Below, piece after piece: positions 23,078 to 35,182 of a stretch of 64,000 nucleotides of DNA. Where the stretch lies: positions 310,001-374,000 of the forward strand of contig BAAIJX010000011.1 in NCBI GenBank assembly GCA_054600435.1, in the 5' to 3' direction. The translations under genes were made by a program, and so were the position numbers. Numbering within the stretch: the stretch's first letter is position 1; the number at the start of each line of letters is the position of its first letter. The notes below the pieces were generated by a model. It searched no databases, had not been told where the DNA came from, and saw nothing but the letters and a program-made list of their open reading frames with translations. Origin of the DNA: Neophaeotheca triangularis. Its lineage: Eukaryota.

Positions 23078-25425
23078 AGGCCGCGCCGGGGACCCAATGC
23101 CAACGGCGACCAGCGCTCGCCCCCTGATGGCGCGTCTTTTGCATAGGCGTGCAGGATAAGGGAACATGTTGGGGAGCACCTTGATGAGTACGTACCGGCT
23201 TTTTCGCGAGACAGCGCTGTGCTTTGGTTTTGTTTTGCCGAAGCTACGCGTATCGCGCGTGTTGTTGAATAAGAAGGCAAAGTGAGATCGCCGAGGCTCA
23301 AAGAGTGACGGGCGCTGGGATTAGGTATCAGGGAAAGCAAGTCGGCAGTAAAAGGTGGCGTGGTATCCAGTGTCTATTGGGTGGGTGGTGAGAAGGAACC
23401 TGAATGGAGGAAGTCAAGAGGGAAAGCCGGTACTCTGCTTTGCGGCTGGCCAGAGACGAATCAAGCTAGCCCAGCAGATTGCGGGTGAATGCCCGGTCCG
23501 CCCGCTATAGGAGGTAGTGGATGAACGACAGCTCCTAAATACAAGTACCTACAGTACCGAGGTAGCCAATCAAAACAATCAATGGGCTTCTACTATCGCA
23601 ACACCCAGCAGAACTAGTCTGAAGTGGAAACGCACACTATGCTGGTAAAAACAATAGACTCTTGCGATAACGCGGCAGATGAAGTGGGTCGAAGACTACA
23701 ACAGCTCTGCGTAGGCAACAGGGCAGCCACCAGCGTTCGGAGAGGAACAAAGTCACCTGGACACGACACTTCTCCGAGAGCATACAACGCAAATGCATTT
23801 CTGTATTATACTGCGAAGCGCCGTGATCAGACACGTGCACTTCACCTATTGAGTCGCTCTAATCATTGCCCCTAAGGTAAGTAAAGGTTACCACGGCAAA
23901 AAGAACCCCCATCCCCCCCCCCTCCTCCCCAAGTTGAGCGTCTCAAGTCTAGCAGTTCCAGCTCACGCTACAGAAGCATCGTACCGATGACCCAAAACTA
24001 GCAGTCACGAGGATCGGCATCACCCTCGAGGTCGAGGTCGACATGCAATCGACATTTCTAGACAAGCGAACATAGTAACTACAGCAAAGGAAGAAAGCGT
24101 TCACCGGTCTATGCAAGCACTTCTATATTGTTCTTGAAAGTCCGACCGCGCCATAGTATGATGCACCTGGCCCGGAAAATCTGACTTATTAGACGATTTC
24201 CAGCAGCTATTAACAAGATAACTTCGCCATAGCAAGAATCAAAAATTCCAGGGCGGTCTTCTTGGTTGAAGCTGGACTTCCGGCCGCCTTCCGATGGCTG
24301 GCTTCTAGGGCGAATGACTAGGTGTTTCCTCTGCTACCGACACGATGGCTGGACCTTTCAGCTCGAATACCCGCAAGACATTAAGATGGTCACTGCTGTC
24401 TGCTCTCCGGAGTTGCGATGAATGGTTTTGCGAGGCCCAAGACGAGATACTGAGTTTGCCATCATTGCCGCTCTTCCCTAGACAAAGTTACGATAAACAG
24501 CGCGTCGAGCTCAGAGGTCAAAGCCTTTTTCTGTGGATTGTAATCGGTTGCGATCCTTCGTCCTTGGAGCTCAACGCACAGTACTAGATGGCAGGATAGC
24601 CTAAAGCTCTGCCTCCCTAAAAGCTGGTCATCAACATATGAGTAGATCTGGAAAGGTTTCCGCTTCTTATGAGTCCTCAACCCTCTCGACGAGCCCAGAC
24701 GACTCCCGGTTGGATTCTAATTGTGAGGATGTCGATTTGGAATGAACATGTTTCTAAAGGCGCGTGGCATGGTTCAACATCCAGAGTTCCCTCTCTTGCG
24801 GAGCCATGTTTCCTGTCGACGGGTTGCCTGAATCCCTTATGAAGTAGACGATTTTGTCCCCGAATCTACTCCAGTTTGACTTGCGACTCCGCAACGAACA
24901 GCTGCCCCATCGTCTTTGTTTTGAGCTGGGTAATTAGCCACTGCTCGTTCCCAACACAGCATCTAGGCTGGTCTTGTTTCGTCCTGAAGAACTATGATGC
25001 GTTTCCGAGACAGACTGGCGAATGGACAATACGTTGTGAGCTGCGTATCGCAAACCACCGCGGCCAAGACTCCCATATCCAGCATTGTTCCATCATATCT
25101 ACTTCATTCATCGGCACTAAAAGTTTGCAGGAGTAGGAGGTTGGTGGATGAGGTCTGAAAGCCGCAAGGAAATACCTCATGTCAAGGTTGAGTTCCATGC
25201 TGGATGCAGGAGCGAGCGGATGCCAAGCTTTCGGCAAACGGAACGCCCCGGCCTAGCTTGAGCCTCATCCCGTCGGCCAAACACGTGCACGTCAGTCAGT
25301 CAACCACTACCGTGAACTTCACCTTCAGGTATATCTTGACTCTCCATCCACAACACTTCAACGACCAACCCCTACTCCTTGCAAACATCCGTCTAAGTCG
25401 CAAAACTTAACCAGAAGCCGCAACC

Positions 25426-26319
25426 ATGGCAGAAAACTCCCTCAAACAAACAATCCAACAGCTCGAAGGACTCCGCGACTCCAACATCCAACAAGCACCC
25501 CAGCTCCTCTCGCGTGCCAAACTCGATCTCCTCCGTCTGAATGCTCTCGTACCGGATGAAGACACGTCTGCCCAGCACCTCCTCCTAGCCCGCCGTATCC
25601 TCGAACTCGGCGCCCTGCTCAGCATCCGCCAGCGTGACACCGACGCCTTCACCCGCTACTTCCAGCAATTACAACCGTTCTACCAACTTCCCGACGAAAG
25701 CTGGGGAAGTGCACAGACCAGAGATCAGAATGAGAAGTCGAAGGTCACTGGTCTGTACCTGCTGTTGCTTCTGAGTGTTGGGGATTACGGTGGCTTCCAC
25801 ACTGTCCTCGAAGGGCTGGAGGTGGCGTATGGTGGCAAGCAACAGCTGGAAAAGGATGAGATGATTCAGTATCCGGTCAGGTTGGAGCAGGCGTTAATGG
25901 AAGGGAGCTATGACCGGGTCTGGGGCGAGACCAAAGGCGAGAGGGTGCCGAGCGAGGAGTTTGGTGTGTTCTCCGAGGTATGCACACGCTATGACTTCCT
26001 CACAGCTGCGCACAGCTTGGCTAATAATCGTGTCCCGCAGGTACTCATCAACACCATCCGCTCGGAGATCGCTTCCTGTTCTGAGCGCGCATACCCATCC
26101 CTCCCCATCTCCAACGCAAAGAACCTCCTCTTCCTCGACTCCGAAGGTGCAGTCGTGCAATTCGCACAGTCTCGCGGCTGGGTAGCAAGGGATGGGCGCA
26201 TTTACTTCCCTCAGCGAGAAGAGGAGCTGATGAACGCGGAGAAAGATGTCATGAGCGCGAGTGGCGAGGTCATCGAGAATACTCTTGGGTACGCGAGGAA
26301 GCTAGAGACAATCGTGTAA
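25426..26319 (+). CDS. RPN12: 26S proteasome lid subunit Rpn12; intron 25978-26040
   Basis: ARRILELGALLSI, FTRYFQQLQPFY, GLYLLLLL, YPVRLEQALMEGSYDRVW, TIRSEIASCSERAY and a terminal YARKLETIV. Confidence 0.95.
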   Translation: MAENSLKQTIQQLEGLRDSNIQQAPQLLSRAKLDLLRLNALVPDEDTSAQHLLLARRILELGALLSIRQRDTDAFTRYFQQLQPFYQLPDESWGSAQTRDQNEKSKVTGLYLLLLLSVGDYGGFHTVLEGLEVAYGGKQQLEKDEMIQYPVRLEQALMEGSYDRVWGETKGERVPSEEFGVFSEVCTRYDFLTAAHSLANNRVPQVLINTIRSEIASCSERAYPSLPISNAKNLLFLDSEGAVVQFAQSRGWVARDGRIYFPQREEELMNAEKDVMSASGEVIENTLGYARKLETIV

Positions 26320-26968
26320 GGAGAGATGGCCGCCTGATGCTGGAGAAGATGGCGCAACGTGTACGATACGACTATGCAAAGGCAGGCGGAAAGTGCAGTC
26401 GGGCTGCCGCTAGATAATGCTACACTATGCCAATACAGTTTGCTTCAACGGAGAGGCAAATTACCTTGAAGCCCATCATTCATGCGATCCTGCAAAACCG
26501 ATTTGAAATGGAACGAACCAAGGGAGTAGTCTGGAAAGACAGCTGGGTCTTCTTTTTGGGTATAGTATACGGCATCTTCGTTGGATTGTCGTAACATCTA
26601 ACATCGAGACTGTCCGATCGGCCACAGACCGAACATTACCTGCCTTCCCATTGCCTCGTTCTTGGAGTAGCCGGCGCATGCCATTGTTCTTCAACGTTTT
26701 CATGCCACTATCCGAGCGCCGAACTGGCACCATCGTCACGAAGATGGCACGTGTATGCAGCGTTGAGCGAGCTGCAGTAGAAGCTCTCCCCATCAGAATA
26801 TACCACACCGCTCAGTGGGTCTGGCAGACACCTGCGTGGGCGTATGATCGCACGCCCAACCTTTCATCTACGGCTGGGCTGCTCATTCTCTTGCAAAAGC
26901 CGTCGTCTGCGCCCTCCCAAACACGATACTACGCTCAAGGCTCATTGCATTTCCCCACGACGGAATGC

Positions 26969-27526
26969 TCATCCCTTGACCTCCGCGCCCTCACCCTCCT
27001 CCTTGCCGTCCCCCTTCTTCCCCTTCTTAGCCTTCTTCCTCTTACTCCGATCCCGCTTCTTCAGCCCCTGGAATTCCGCCTTGCAGAGAACCGCATACCG
27101 CGAGAAAAAGGCCTCGAGATCATCCGGTTGCACAACAGTGCTCAGTTTTACTTTCTGCTTGTTCTTCACCTTCTCTTGGTTGCGGGTCTTGCCATCGGTG
27201 GCACGGACGATGATTGGGAGGGGGTTCGGCGGGTGCGTGTCCCAAAGAGGGTCATCGGCGACCTTGCTTGGCGTGGTTGAGGGGGTTGTTGGGTCGTATG
27301 TTACTGTGAAGAGGTTAAGACAATGTTGGGGTGACAGCATTTGGTGGCTGGCGTAGCTCCTACGTCTCTTTTGGGTCATGTGGATGGCGCCATGGCCCGT
27401 TTGTTGCGTCTTTTGAAGCAGGGAAGACAGCTGAGAGAAGAACTTCGCGACTGGTTTAGCAGTGAGGTTGGGAAGATTGGGGTCTGGACTGAGCATTACC
27501 TCTTCGTGGCTGAGGTGACCTTCCAT
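26969..27526 (-). CDS. SRP14: Signal recognition particle 14 kDa subunit; introns 27443-27499, 27304-27363
   Basis: HLSHEE|FFSQLSSLL, GAIHMTQKR|LTY, IIVRATDGK, KVKLSTVVQPDDLEAFFSRYA and GLKKRDRSKRKK. Confidence 0.92.
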   Translation of the reverse strand: MEGHLSHEEVMLSPDPNLPNLTAKPVAKFFSQLSSLLQKTQQTGHGAIHMTQKRRRSYASHQMLSPQHCLNLFTVTYDPTTPSTTPSKVADDPLWDTHPPNPLPIIVRATDGKTRNQEKVKNKQKVKLSTVVQPDDLEAFFSRYAVLCKAEFQGLKKRDRSKRKKAKKGKKGDGKEEGEGAEVKG

Positions 27527-27735
27527 CGTAGTGGTCTGTATTGCGCGCTTCTATACCACTCGATGCAACGGTGTACAGTACGTTTTAAGGTAGCCGAGCT
27601 AGAGGGGTCTTGGTGGGATGAGGTTCGTCTCGGCTTGGCCGGCCCGGGATCTCGAAAGTTACTGATCCCGATCTGATATCTCAACTTTTGCGACCACCAT
27701 GCCCATTCTTTGAACTTTTTTGCAACGGGACAATC

Positions 27736-30306
27736 ATGGCTCGCGACGGTTTCGGTGGCCCAAAGCTGCCCAAAGTGCTACTGGACAAAGTACAAGACGG
27801 TGGTGTATCGAAGCGGAAATGGAATGTATCGAGAAAAGACAGGCGCAAGGCGGAAAGGCAACAGAAGAAGGGAAGCCGATCGCGACCTGCACCTGCGCCT
27901 CAGAGACGGATTTTGAAGCAGCAGGAATTGGAGGACGAGCATGAGGAGGAGGATGACGACGACGATAATGATGAAGATATTGAAGATCATGCGCCCCCAC
28001 CCAAGAAAGCGTCAAAGTCTACAGAGCCTGCAAAGCCCGTGAAGTCGATATTAAAGAAGCCTGCGCCCCAGCCGGCTTCAGAGTCGGATTCCGATAATGA
28101 AAGCGACGATGATGACAGCGGTGAGGAGCACGTTTCGGCTCGCACCCATAAGGCTCGGCTGGAAGAGGACGATGACGAGATCGCAGCTCTGGAAAAGAAG
28201 CTTGGTTTAAAGACTGGCACAAAGTCTAAGGCCGTGGACGAGGATGGCTTGGATTGGTTGTTGGGAGACTCGGAGGGCGAGCAGGACGAAAAGAGTGCGA
28301 AGCGAAAGCGGCCTGAAGACGACAAATGGTTGAAGGACAAGAGGAGGAAGGCGAATGGGGAGAAGGTCGTGGATGAGAGTGACGACGGTGGTTCCGACGA
28401 GGGGATGGATGACGGTATGGATGAGCCGTCTGCTGGAAGTGGTGAGGATGATGAGGATGAAGACGGGGAAGACATGGAAAATCCTTTCTCCGAGGACGAA
28501 ATGAGCGACGACGGGTTCGAAGGATTCGAGGAGGGGGAAGAAGACTCTACTCCACCGCCTAAACGGGAGCGCGAGAATCCTTTCGTGCCGCCAGTGTCCA
28601 AGGATGCGCCATCTGTCGAAAAATACGTCCCCCCATCTTTGCGCAAAGCGCCAAGTTCAGACGATGAACTCCTGAAGCAATTGCGACGTCAAGCTCAAGG
28701 TCAGCTCAATCGTGTCTCAGAAGATAACATGTTGTCAATCGTGCAAGCAATCGAACAACTCTATTCGAAGAATGCGCGTGGACATGTCACGACGACCATG
28801 GTAGACTTGCTCATTGGTTTGATCGCTGATCGCACCGCACTGAACGAGAATTTCATTATGCTGCACGCAGGTTTCTCCACTGCACTCTACAAAGTCGCTG
28901 GGATAGACTTTGGTGCGCAGCTTGTCGAGCGAATCGTTACAACGTTTGATCAGTATCGAGGTCAAGCGGAGGCCGAAAACAAGCAGACGCTGAACCTCCT
29001 TGCCTTCACTTCCTACCTTTACACCTTTGGTCTAGTCGGGCCCGTCATCATCTTCGATTTCATCCGTTTGTTACTGGAAGAGGTTACAGAGACCAACACA
29101 GAGCTTCTGCTTCGGGTCATTCGTACTTGTGGTCCCCAGCTTCGCCAAGACGACCCATCATCCCTCAAGGACGTTGTCTTGTCGCTGCACCGCTCCGTCG
29201 CGAAGATCGGTGAAGACCAACTTTCCGTTCGAACGAAATTCATGATGGAAACCATCAATAATCTCAAGAACAACCGCATGAAAACCGGCGTGGCAGCCTC
29301 AGCCATGACCTCCGAACATACCATCCGCATGAAGAAGACTCTAGGCACGCTAAGCACTCGCACAAACAAGGCGACCGAGCCTCTGCGCATTTCCCTCGCA
29401 GACATCCGCGACAGCGAGACAAAGGGCAAGTGGTGGCTCGTCGGCGCCAGCTATAAAGACCCCGCGAAGATGGCCTCTAACGACTTTGCAATGAAAAACA
29501 ATTCACATTCGGCTTCGGCAGACCCAGACGCCGGCTATGAGTCCGAGACCCCCGGCTCGGTCAATTTGAACAAACTCGCCCGTGCTCAAGGAATGAACAC
29601 AGACGTGCGCCGCGCTGTCTTCGTCTCCTTGCTCAGCGCCTCGGACTACAAGGATGGGCACATGCGGTTGGTGAAGCTGCACCTCAAGTCCAAGCAGGAG
29701 TTCGAGATACCGCGTGTGCTTCTACAATGTGCCGGCGCTGAGAGTGCCTACAATCAATACTACACGCTAGTGGCCAAGAAGCTTTGCGGGGAGAGGCGTT
29801 TCAGCAAAGCCTTCCAATTCTCGCTGTTGGGGCTCTTTAATCAAATGGGCGAAAAGCAGGACGCCGACGACGATGATGACGATGGCAGGGAGATGAGCGT
29901 GCGGAAGGTCGTGAATCTTGCCAAGCTTTACGGGCATTTGATCGCTGATGGCGGTCTGAGCTTGACGAGCTTGAAGACGCTGCAGTTTGGATTCCTTAAA
30001 GAGAAGACGGCAATGTTTGTCGAAGTGCTCTTGACGACTGCCCTGTTGCAGCTCAAGAAGAAAGCCGGGGAAGAGGGGTTTGAGGGTTCAGTGATGGGAA
30101 TCTTTGCAAGGGCGCATGAAGTACCTGAGATGATCATGGGTTTGCGATACTTCATTGACTCTGTCGTCTCGAAAGCCGATGTTGCTGGTGGTAAAGGGGA
30201 GAAGAAGACAATCAAGAAGGGCTGCGCTGCGGTGGTCGTGGCTCTGAGGGAGAATGCCAGCATGGTTCGGGTAGCGGAGGACGATGATGATGATGAGAGT
30301 GACTAA
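27736..30306 (+). CDS. SGD1: Nucleolar MIF4G/MA3 protein Sgd1/NOM1
   Basis: Acidic/basic N-terminus, KYVPPSLR, GQLNRVSEDNM, GPQLRQDDPSSLKD, SVRTKFMMETINNLKNN, KGKWWLVGAS and MNTDVRRAVF. Divergent from SRP14 (about 210 nt). Confidence 0.92.
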   Translation: MARDGFGGPKLPKVLLDKVQDGGVSKRKWNVSRKDRRKAERQQKKGSRSRPAPAPQRRILKQQELEDEHEEEDDDDDNDEDIEDHAPPPKKASKSTEPAKPVKSILKKPAPQPASESDSDNESDDDDSGEEHVSARTHKARLEEDDDEIAALEKKLGLKTGTKSKAVDEDGLDWLLGDSEGEQDEKSAKRKRPEDDKWLKDKRRKANGEKVVDESDDGGSDEGMDDGMDEPSAGSGEDDEDEDGEDMENPFSEDEMSDDGFEGFEEGEEDSTPPPKRERENPFVPPVSKDAPSVEKYVPPSLRKAPSSDDELLKQLRRQAQGQLNRVSEDNMLSIVQAIEQLYSKNARGHVTTTMVDLLIGLIADRTALNENFIMLHAGFSTALYKVAGIDFGAQLVERIVTTFDQYRGQAEAENKQTLNLLAFTSYLYTFGLVGPVIIFDFIRLLLEEVTETNTELLLRVIRTCGPQLRQDDPSSLKDVVLSLHRSVAKIGEDQLSVRTKFMMETINNLKNNRMKTGVAASAMTSEHTIRMKKTLGTLSTRTNKATEPLRISLADIRDSETKGKWWLVGASYKDPAKMASNDFAMKNNSHSASADPDAGYESETPGSVNLNKLARAQGMNTDVRRAVFVSLLSASDYKDGHMRLVKLHLKSKQEFEIPRVLLQCAGAESAYNQYYTLVAKKLCGERRFSKAFQFSLLGLFNQMGEKQDADDDDDDGREMSVRKVVNLAKLYGHLIADGGLSLTSLKTLQFGFLKEKTAMFVEVLLTTALLQLKKKAGEEGFEGSVMGIFARAHEVPEMIMGLRYFIDSVVSKADVAGGKGEKKTIKKGCAAVVVALRENASMVRVAEDDDDDESD

Positions 30307-30886
30307 GAGACAGACAAGTGATCGCCCGGCAATGTATCTATCCATGAGTCTCATTTCCACGAGTTCGACAGGTCCAAGGGTCTTGGACATTCAAACGCAG
30401 GAGGTATACAAGATGGGGTGGTGCCCAGCAACCAACCAGACCGTAGGGCACGAGCACCCAACGTAGCGGAAGTGCCTCTCCAGGCCGCCACCAATTGTTG
30501 CATCGGCGCAGAATAATAGGATAGTAAAGAGCGTGATGCTCAACTGAACAGGGGAACGTTGTTGGTCCAGGCCTTACAAGAAATAAGGCGCCGACATTGG
30601 GAGCCAATTGGCGTCGCGCTATTGGTAAAGCGCATCGAACTGCTCAGCAACATCACCTCTTCGGCACTTCAAAAGTCTACTTCGTGAGGACATCGGGCAC
30701 CGGACAGTCGCGCTGGCATTCAATGCGTGAGGACACTATCCGTATAGGTAAGTATAAAGCGCCTCGAGTCTCCTTACTACATACTGCCATCACATTCTCC
30801 TCGCTCAGATATAATCGAAGATTCTAAGCCACACCAGACCCGCCGCATACATCTTACCATCCCTGACACCTTCGTCGCTCAATACA

Positions 30887-31435
30887 ATGCAACCAAACAT
30901 CGACATGGGAAACCATTGCCAAAGCCAGAGTCTGAGCATGTGCCAGACAATTGATCCCGCATGGATCTTCGACACAAGCGTTCCGCATGCATACGATTGG
31001 GCGCACCCAGAGTTCGGGATTTCCAAGGTCTTGCCTGCGCTATTATTGCCTTCCAGATACGGGGATCAATGCCTCGACTTAGGAGCGCCCATTCCCATGG
31101 CCCGCTACATCTACTGTATGGCTTACAACACTTTAATCACGCTGGTCATCGCCTTTGTCGTGTGCATCGCCCTGTACATCGGCCTGTACATTTTCGCTCA
31201 CTTTGTCAAGCCAGTTATCTTGGCCGAATACCACGACTTCTCCGACGTGGACAAGGCGGAAGAAGAGTCCGAGCGCGTCGTTCGGAAGGACGCCCGCGAA
31301 CGCCGCAAATACAAGGGGCTTTTGCTGAGACCAAGGGAGAAGAGGGCGTTGATAATGAGGAAGCGTCAGCTTCGGCGACCCAACAAGGTTCGCGCTCGTG
31401 TTTTCCAACCGGCCTGCCGCTCCCACTCCATCTAG
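30887..31435 (+). CDS. Hypothetical single-pass membrane protein
   Basis: 182-aa ATG ORF with a hydrophobic segment LITLVIAFVVCIALYIGLYIFAHF followed by a charged tail. No recognisable family. Confidence 0.45.
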   Translation: MQPNIDMGNHCQSQSLSMCQTIDPAWIFDTSVPHAYDWAHPEFGISKVLPALLLPSRYGDQCLDLGAPIPMARYIYCMAYNTLITLVIAFVVCIALYIGLYIFAHFVKPVILAEYHDFSDVDKAEEESERVVRKDARERRKYKGLLLRPREKRALIMRKRQLRRPNKVRARVFQPACRSHSI

Positions 31436-32548
31436 CCACACACAATGTCAACCACACTACGAGCGGGGCGAATGGAAGCTGCGACCACAGGACCATGCCT
31501 TGGAAGCACTCTCGTCCTCGCTTGCGCGTCAGTTTGGACGCTTCCCACGCTTGCTGGACTAGACGGTGGATTGTGAACAACATGAGGGCGTACTGTTGAC
31601 TATGGAAATGCGGAGCGGGTGTGCGAGGGTAAGTCCACCCCTGATCTCTTAGCCTCCCTGGCCTGCAATCACGGTCCTGTACCACATAGCTAACACCTGC
31701 CAGGGATTCGCCCAAGAGTTGAAGTCGGTGCTTGCTAAAGGAAGGAAGGTGCGATTGTCTTTGCCGCGTTTACTGGTGCTCTCTGCGTCCCTTTTGCCGT
31801 TTTGATTTCGCAATTCGCTTGAAAAGTCAGGAGCTGCTTCAACTCGAATGTTCCATATTCTTCTGAACTCTCGACCGAAGTTTCGACGAAGTGACCAGCA
31901 GCTAGATATTCAAAGAACACTCATCAAGCTGCGCACCTGTCGCTCTTGTTCCCCCTTGATCTAACAAAGACAATTCTATGATTTGCACGAGACCAGGTTT
32001 CCTAGAATACCAAGCCATAGAGGGACTGCTACCGTTACTAGTGAAACCACTCTGGTCATGGCTGTAATCCCCGACAAGCCTCACGAGGTCTGGTTCGCCT
32101 CGAGGAACTGGACACCAACCTTAGACACACGGCTGCCAAAACCTTGCCACGACTACCCATTTCGGCTTAGCGTCGAACGAGTATTCACTCAAGTGAGAAT
32201 GACCTCCTTGGCAGCGCGTGCCGTACTACTGCCTCCATACAAACCCTACGCCTCTCTCGTGTATTTTGCTGACCCTCTACCTTACATCAACTACCACAGC
32301 GACCGTGAGCTTTATTCAGCAGTCTTCGCCGGCTGGCAACCATCTATCAACGTTTCAACACGACACAATACAGTAGGCCATATACAGACAACACTGTGTA
32401 ATCTGCCTCGAGACATTCAAGCGAATATGGAGATACTAACACTCCCGCCCTCACCCAGCCTGCAACAACGCAGTGTTGCAGCGCAGGATCTACTTCATAG
32501 ACATCCTCTCCCGCCTATATATACGCCACCATCGTATCCAAGACCAAG

Positions 32549-33676
32549 ATGGCACATCGCCGCACCCTAGACGATTGCAGGAAAGCCATGCGACTCCCAG
32601 GCGCTATGGATTTTGAACAGCTCCAAGCACTCCTACAACCACCCTCCCAGCGCATCATCTACAACATCCCCCTCCACCACTCCGACCCGCTCCCGGCGGC
32701 GAACCTCCTTACCCGCCCCCTCAGCCCCCGCCGCCCACACCCAGAAACCACTACACCGCGCCCCAAACGCCCCTCCCATCTCAACACCGCCTCCAACCCC
32801 AACTCCCCATTCACCTCCGGCGACAGCGGCTCGACTCCCTCCCCTCGCCCCTCACTCTCAATCTACGGCCACCGCCAAGACCGCCACGGCATCTGGAGGA
32901 ACTCGGCCGGCACCATGGTCGTCACTAACCCTCAACACGTCTCGTACGGTGCGGATATCGCTTATGCGAGCCCAGGGACGCCGTTTCATGCAGACCCGTA
33001 CCCGAGTTGGAGGGGGGATAATCGGATTGTGCCGGCGGGGCTTCGAACGGGTGGGGCTGCTGTGGTTGCGGCCGGGGTGACGAGCACGCGGGCCGATGGA
33101 ATCGGGGCGGCGGAAGAGGAGAAGCGGGAAGCTGTGGAGGGGAAGGGCAAAGGGCGCGTTGCTTTTGGAGAAGTCGGAGACCAGCACCCCGCCGCGCAGT
33201 CGGAAGAAGATCTTGCGGAGTCTGACGACCAAAAGCTGCAAAGAGTTATCGCGGCCAGCCTTCAAATCACGGAACCTGAGGCCGCCGGGGAAGCTTCTGA
33301 AACCGCCGCCTCCTCTTCCTCCGACGAGGACGACGAGGCTTCCTCTGCCGATGAGCAGAGTGGCGCCGGGGACGATGAGGTATCCAGCGATGACGAAGAT
33401 ATGGGAGCGGATCTCAACGCTCTCGCGACGAGAATCGAGGCTGTGAGGGCGGAGCTGGACAATGTGGTGCGGCGGCAGGCTAGTCGGGGTTTTAGTGAGG
33501 GGAGAGAGGGAGGTGATGGAGAGGTTGAAAGGGGCGGAGGGTTCAAGCGCGGTAAGGGGGGGAAGGGTGGTAATAGAGGTGGGGGGGCGAAAGGGAATAG
33601 AGGGGGAAGAGGTCGTGGAGGAGGTAAGAGAGGTGGTAGGGGTGGCCGGGGCGGGGGTGGAGTGAGCGCCAAATAG
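32549..33676 (+). CDS. Orphan low-complexity protein with UIM-like helix and C-terminal RGG tail (5' end uncertain)
   Basis: 375-aa ORF with a Pro-rich region, EEDLAESDDQKLQRVIAASLQ, an acidic tract, a short coiled coil and an RGG-rich end. Confidence 0.6.
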   Translation: MAHRRTLDDCRKAMRLPGAMDFEQLQALLQPPSQRIIYNIPLHHSDPLPAANLLTRPLSPRRPHPETTTPRPKRPSHLNTASNPNSPFTSGDSGSTPSPRPSLSIYGHRQDRHGIWRNSAGTMVVTNPQHVSYGADIAYASPGTPFHADPYPSWRGDNRIVPAGLRTGGAAVVAAGVTSTRADGIGAAEEEKREAVEGKGKGRVAFGEVGDQHPAAQSEEDLAESDDQKLQRVIAASLQITEPEAAGEASETAASSSSDEDDEASSADEQSGAGDDEVSSDDEDMGADLNALATRIEAVRAELDNVVRRQASRGFSEGREGGDGEVERGGGFKRGKGGKGGNRGGGAKGNRGGRGRGGGKRGGRGGRGGGGVSAK

Positions 33677-34093
33677 CGGAGCGCGGGTGTTCTTGACGTA
33701 CTGGTGAATACGGCTGTCTTGCAATTGCGGATACCAGGGAGCCGGGCAATGTAGATGAGCCAAGCAATTCGGTAGCGATTTGGGACTGCTCATTCTCTGC
33801 CATAGCCGAGGGTGCTGCCACTGCGGTTATTTTCCCGCTTCTAGCGTAGAACTATTCAGTGCCTCGCCAATGTCTTCTTGCCAAATTGACGTATTGATCT
33901 TGACGACATCTGCTGCCTCGCGTTTGGGTAGACTGACCTCTCGGTCTTCGAGACTGGGTGTTGCAAAGGCGAAGGTAGGTCTTACCTCAGTTCGAACAAT
34001 ATCAGCTATGGCGGCTTAGGCGCTTGTCTTAGGAGAATAGTGTCTCGTTATCTCACAAGGGCGTAGCAACGACACCGTGTATCAAGTCACCCT

Positions 34094-34936
34094 ATGGGAG
34101 GACAACACTTTGAAAGCAGAAACATGTCGCTTGCATCATGCTCTGTCCCTGATGTGGCCAACTCCCTGTTGTTGCAGCGGCACATTGACATCTCAGCCCC
34201 GCTCCCTTCAACTCCCAGCCTCGTCTTAATCACCAATAGCTATGTCCACAAGAAAGCGCCCCCTCAACAGCCAGAAGCCTCACCTCCAAGAAAGGCTCCC
34301 CGGACAACATGCGCCCCAGCTTTCCCCCTGCCGAGCCCCAGACCGCCAAGAATCCTGCCAGTCGAAAATCAAACCAAGACTCTACAAACCGCAGACTGTA
34401 TTCTCTCATTCGCCGAGCTCAGCCGCTTGACAGTTGCGTCCTCGCCCCGTGTCCTCTACCGCAATTTTGCAAGCACGCTCTGTAGGCAGCTATCGATAAC
34501 AAGCCCGAGTTCTCGAAAGGTGTCGAGTAGACCGCACAGAGCCTCGGATCTACCCAGTCCTGCCAAAGGACTCAAGCGCTCTAGCTCTCCACCACCGCCA
34601 TCGTTAAAGTCCTGTGGCACGAAGTTCGTTGATGGTGCTTAGCGAGATAAGTTGGGAAGGCTCGTGTACACCAACGCTCGACATCCGGTTTATGGGACGT
34701 ATATTACGGATGGCGAGGTTTTCGATGAATCGGATGGTCTTAATGTCGATGGTGCGGAGGACTCAGAGATTGGGGAAGAGGCGACCGTAAATGTTGGAGG
34801 GGCCAGGTCGAGCTCGCGCACGGTGAGAATGGCGGAGTTTCAGGGCTTGATGAAGGTGCAGAAGGCAGTGTCCGAGGAAGAAATCAAGAAGGGAGCGACC
34901 AAGGTGAAGATGACGAGAATCTGGAGCCCGAAGTAA
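34094..34936 (+). pseudogene. Probable nonsense-disrupted paralog of the 32549 orphan gene
   Basis: Two same-frame ORFs separated by TAG 34640-34642. GA*RDKLGRLVYTNARHPVYG aligns with GIWRNSAGTMVVTNPQHVSYG. Confidence 0.45.
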
Positions 34937-35182
34937 ATGTGCAGATGGGCGAACAGCTTCGGACGCTAAAGACGGGAGTTGATACTGCGCAGGCGGAGCT
35001 TGAAGAGCTGAAGGAGGCGCGTGTCCTTGGACGACCATAGGAGCCCGGCTGTATGAGGAAATAGCGTCAAGACGCGGGCGAGGGCGTGCTCGTTGAGAGG
35101 TCTTGGTCCATTGAGCAAATGCAGCGCAACATTGCAAACTTTCGCATAAATCTCCGCACAAGCTTTCACTGCATCAAATCCT

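Noticed and set aside
20199..25400. Telomerase RNA or intronic C/D snoRNA as an explanation for the long non-coding stretch
   Set aside because: I found no CCCTAACCC-type template and no clean RUGAUGA/CUGA pair on the transcribed strand by eye. An Infernal/Rfam search would be needed to exclude them fully.
23600..25400. Unexplained 1.8-kb intergenic sequence with short ORFs
   Set aside because: No recognisable protein remnants, terminal repeats or RNA motifs in the frames I translated.
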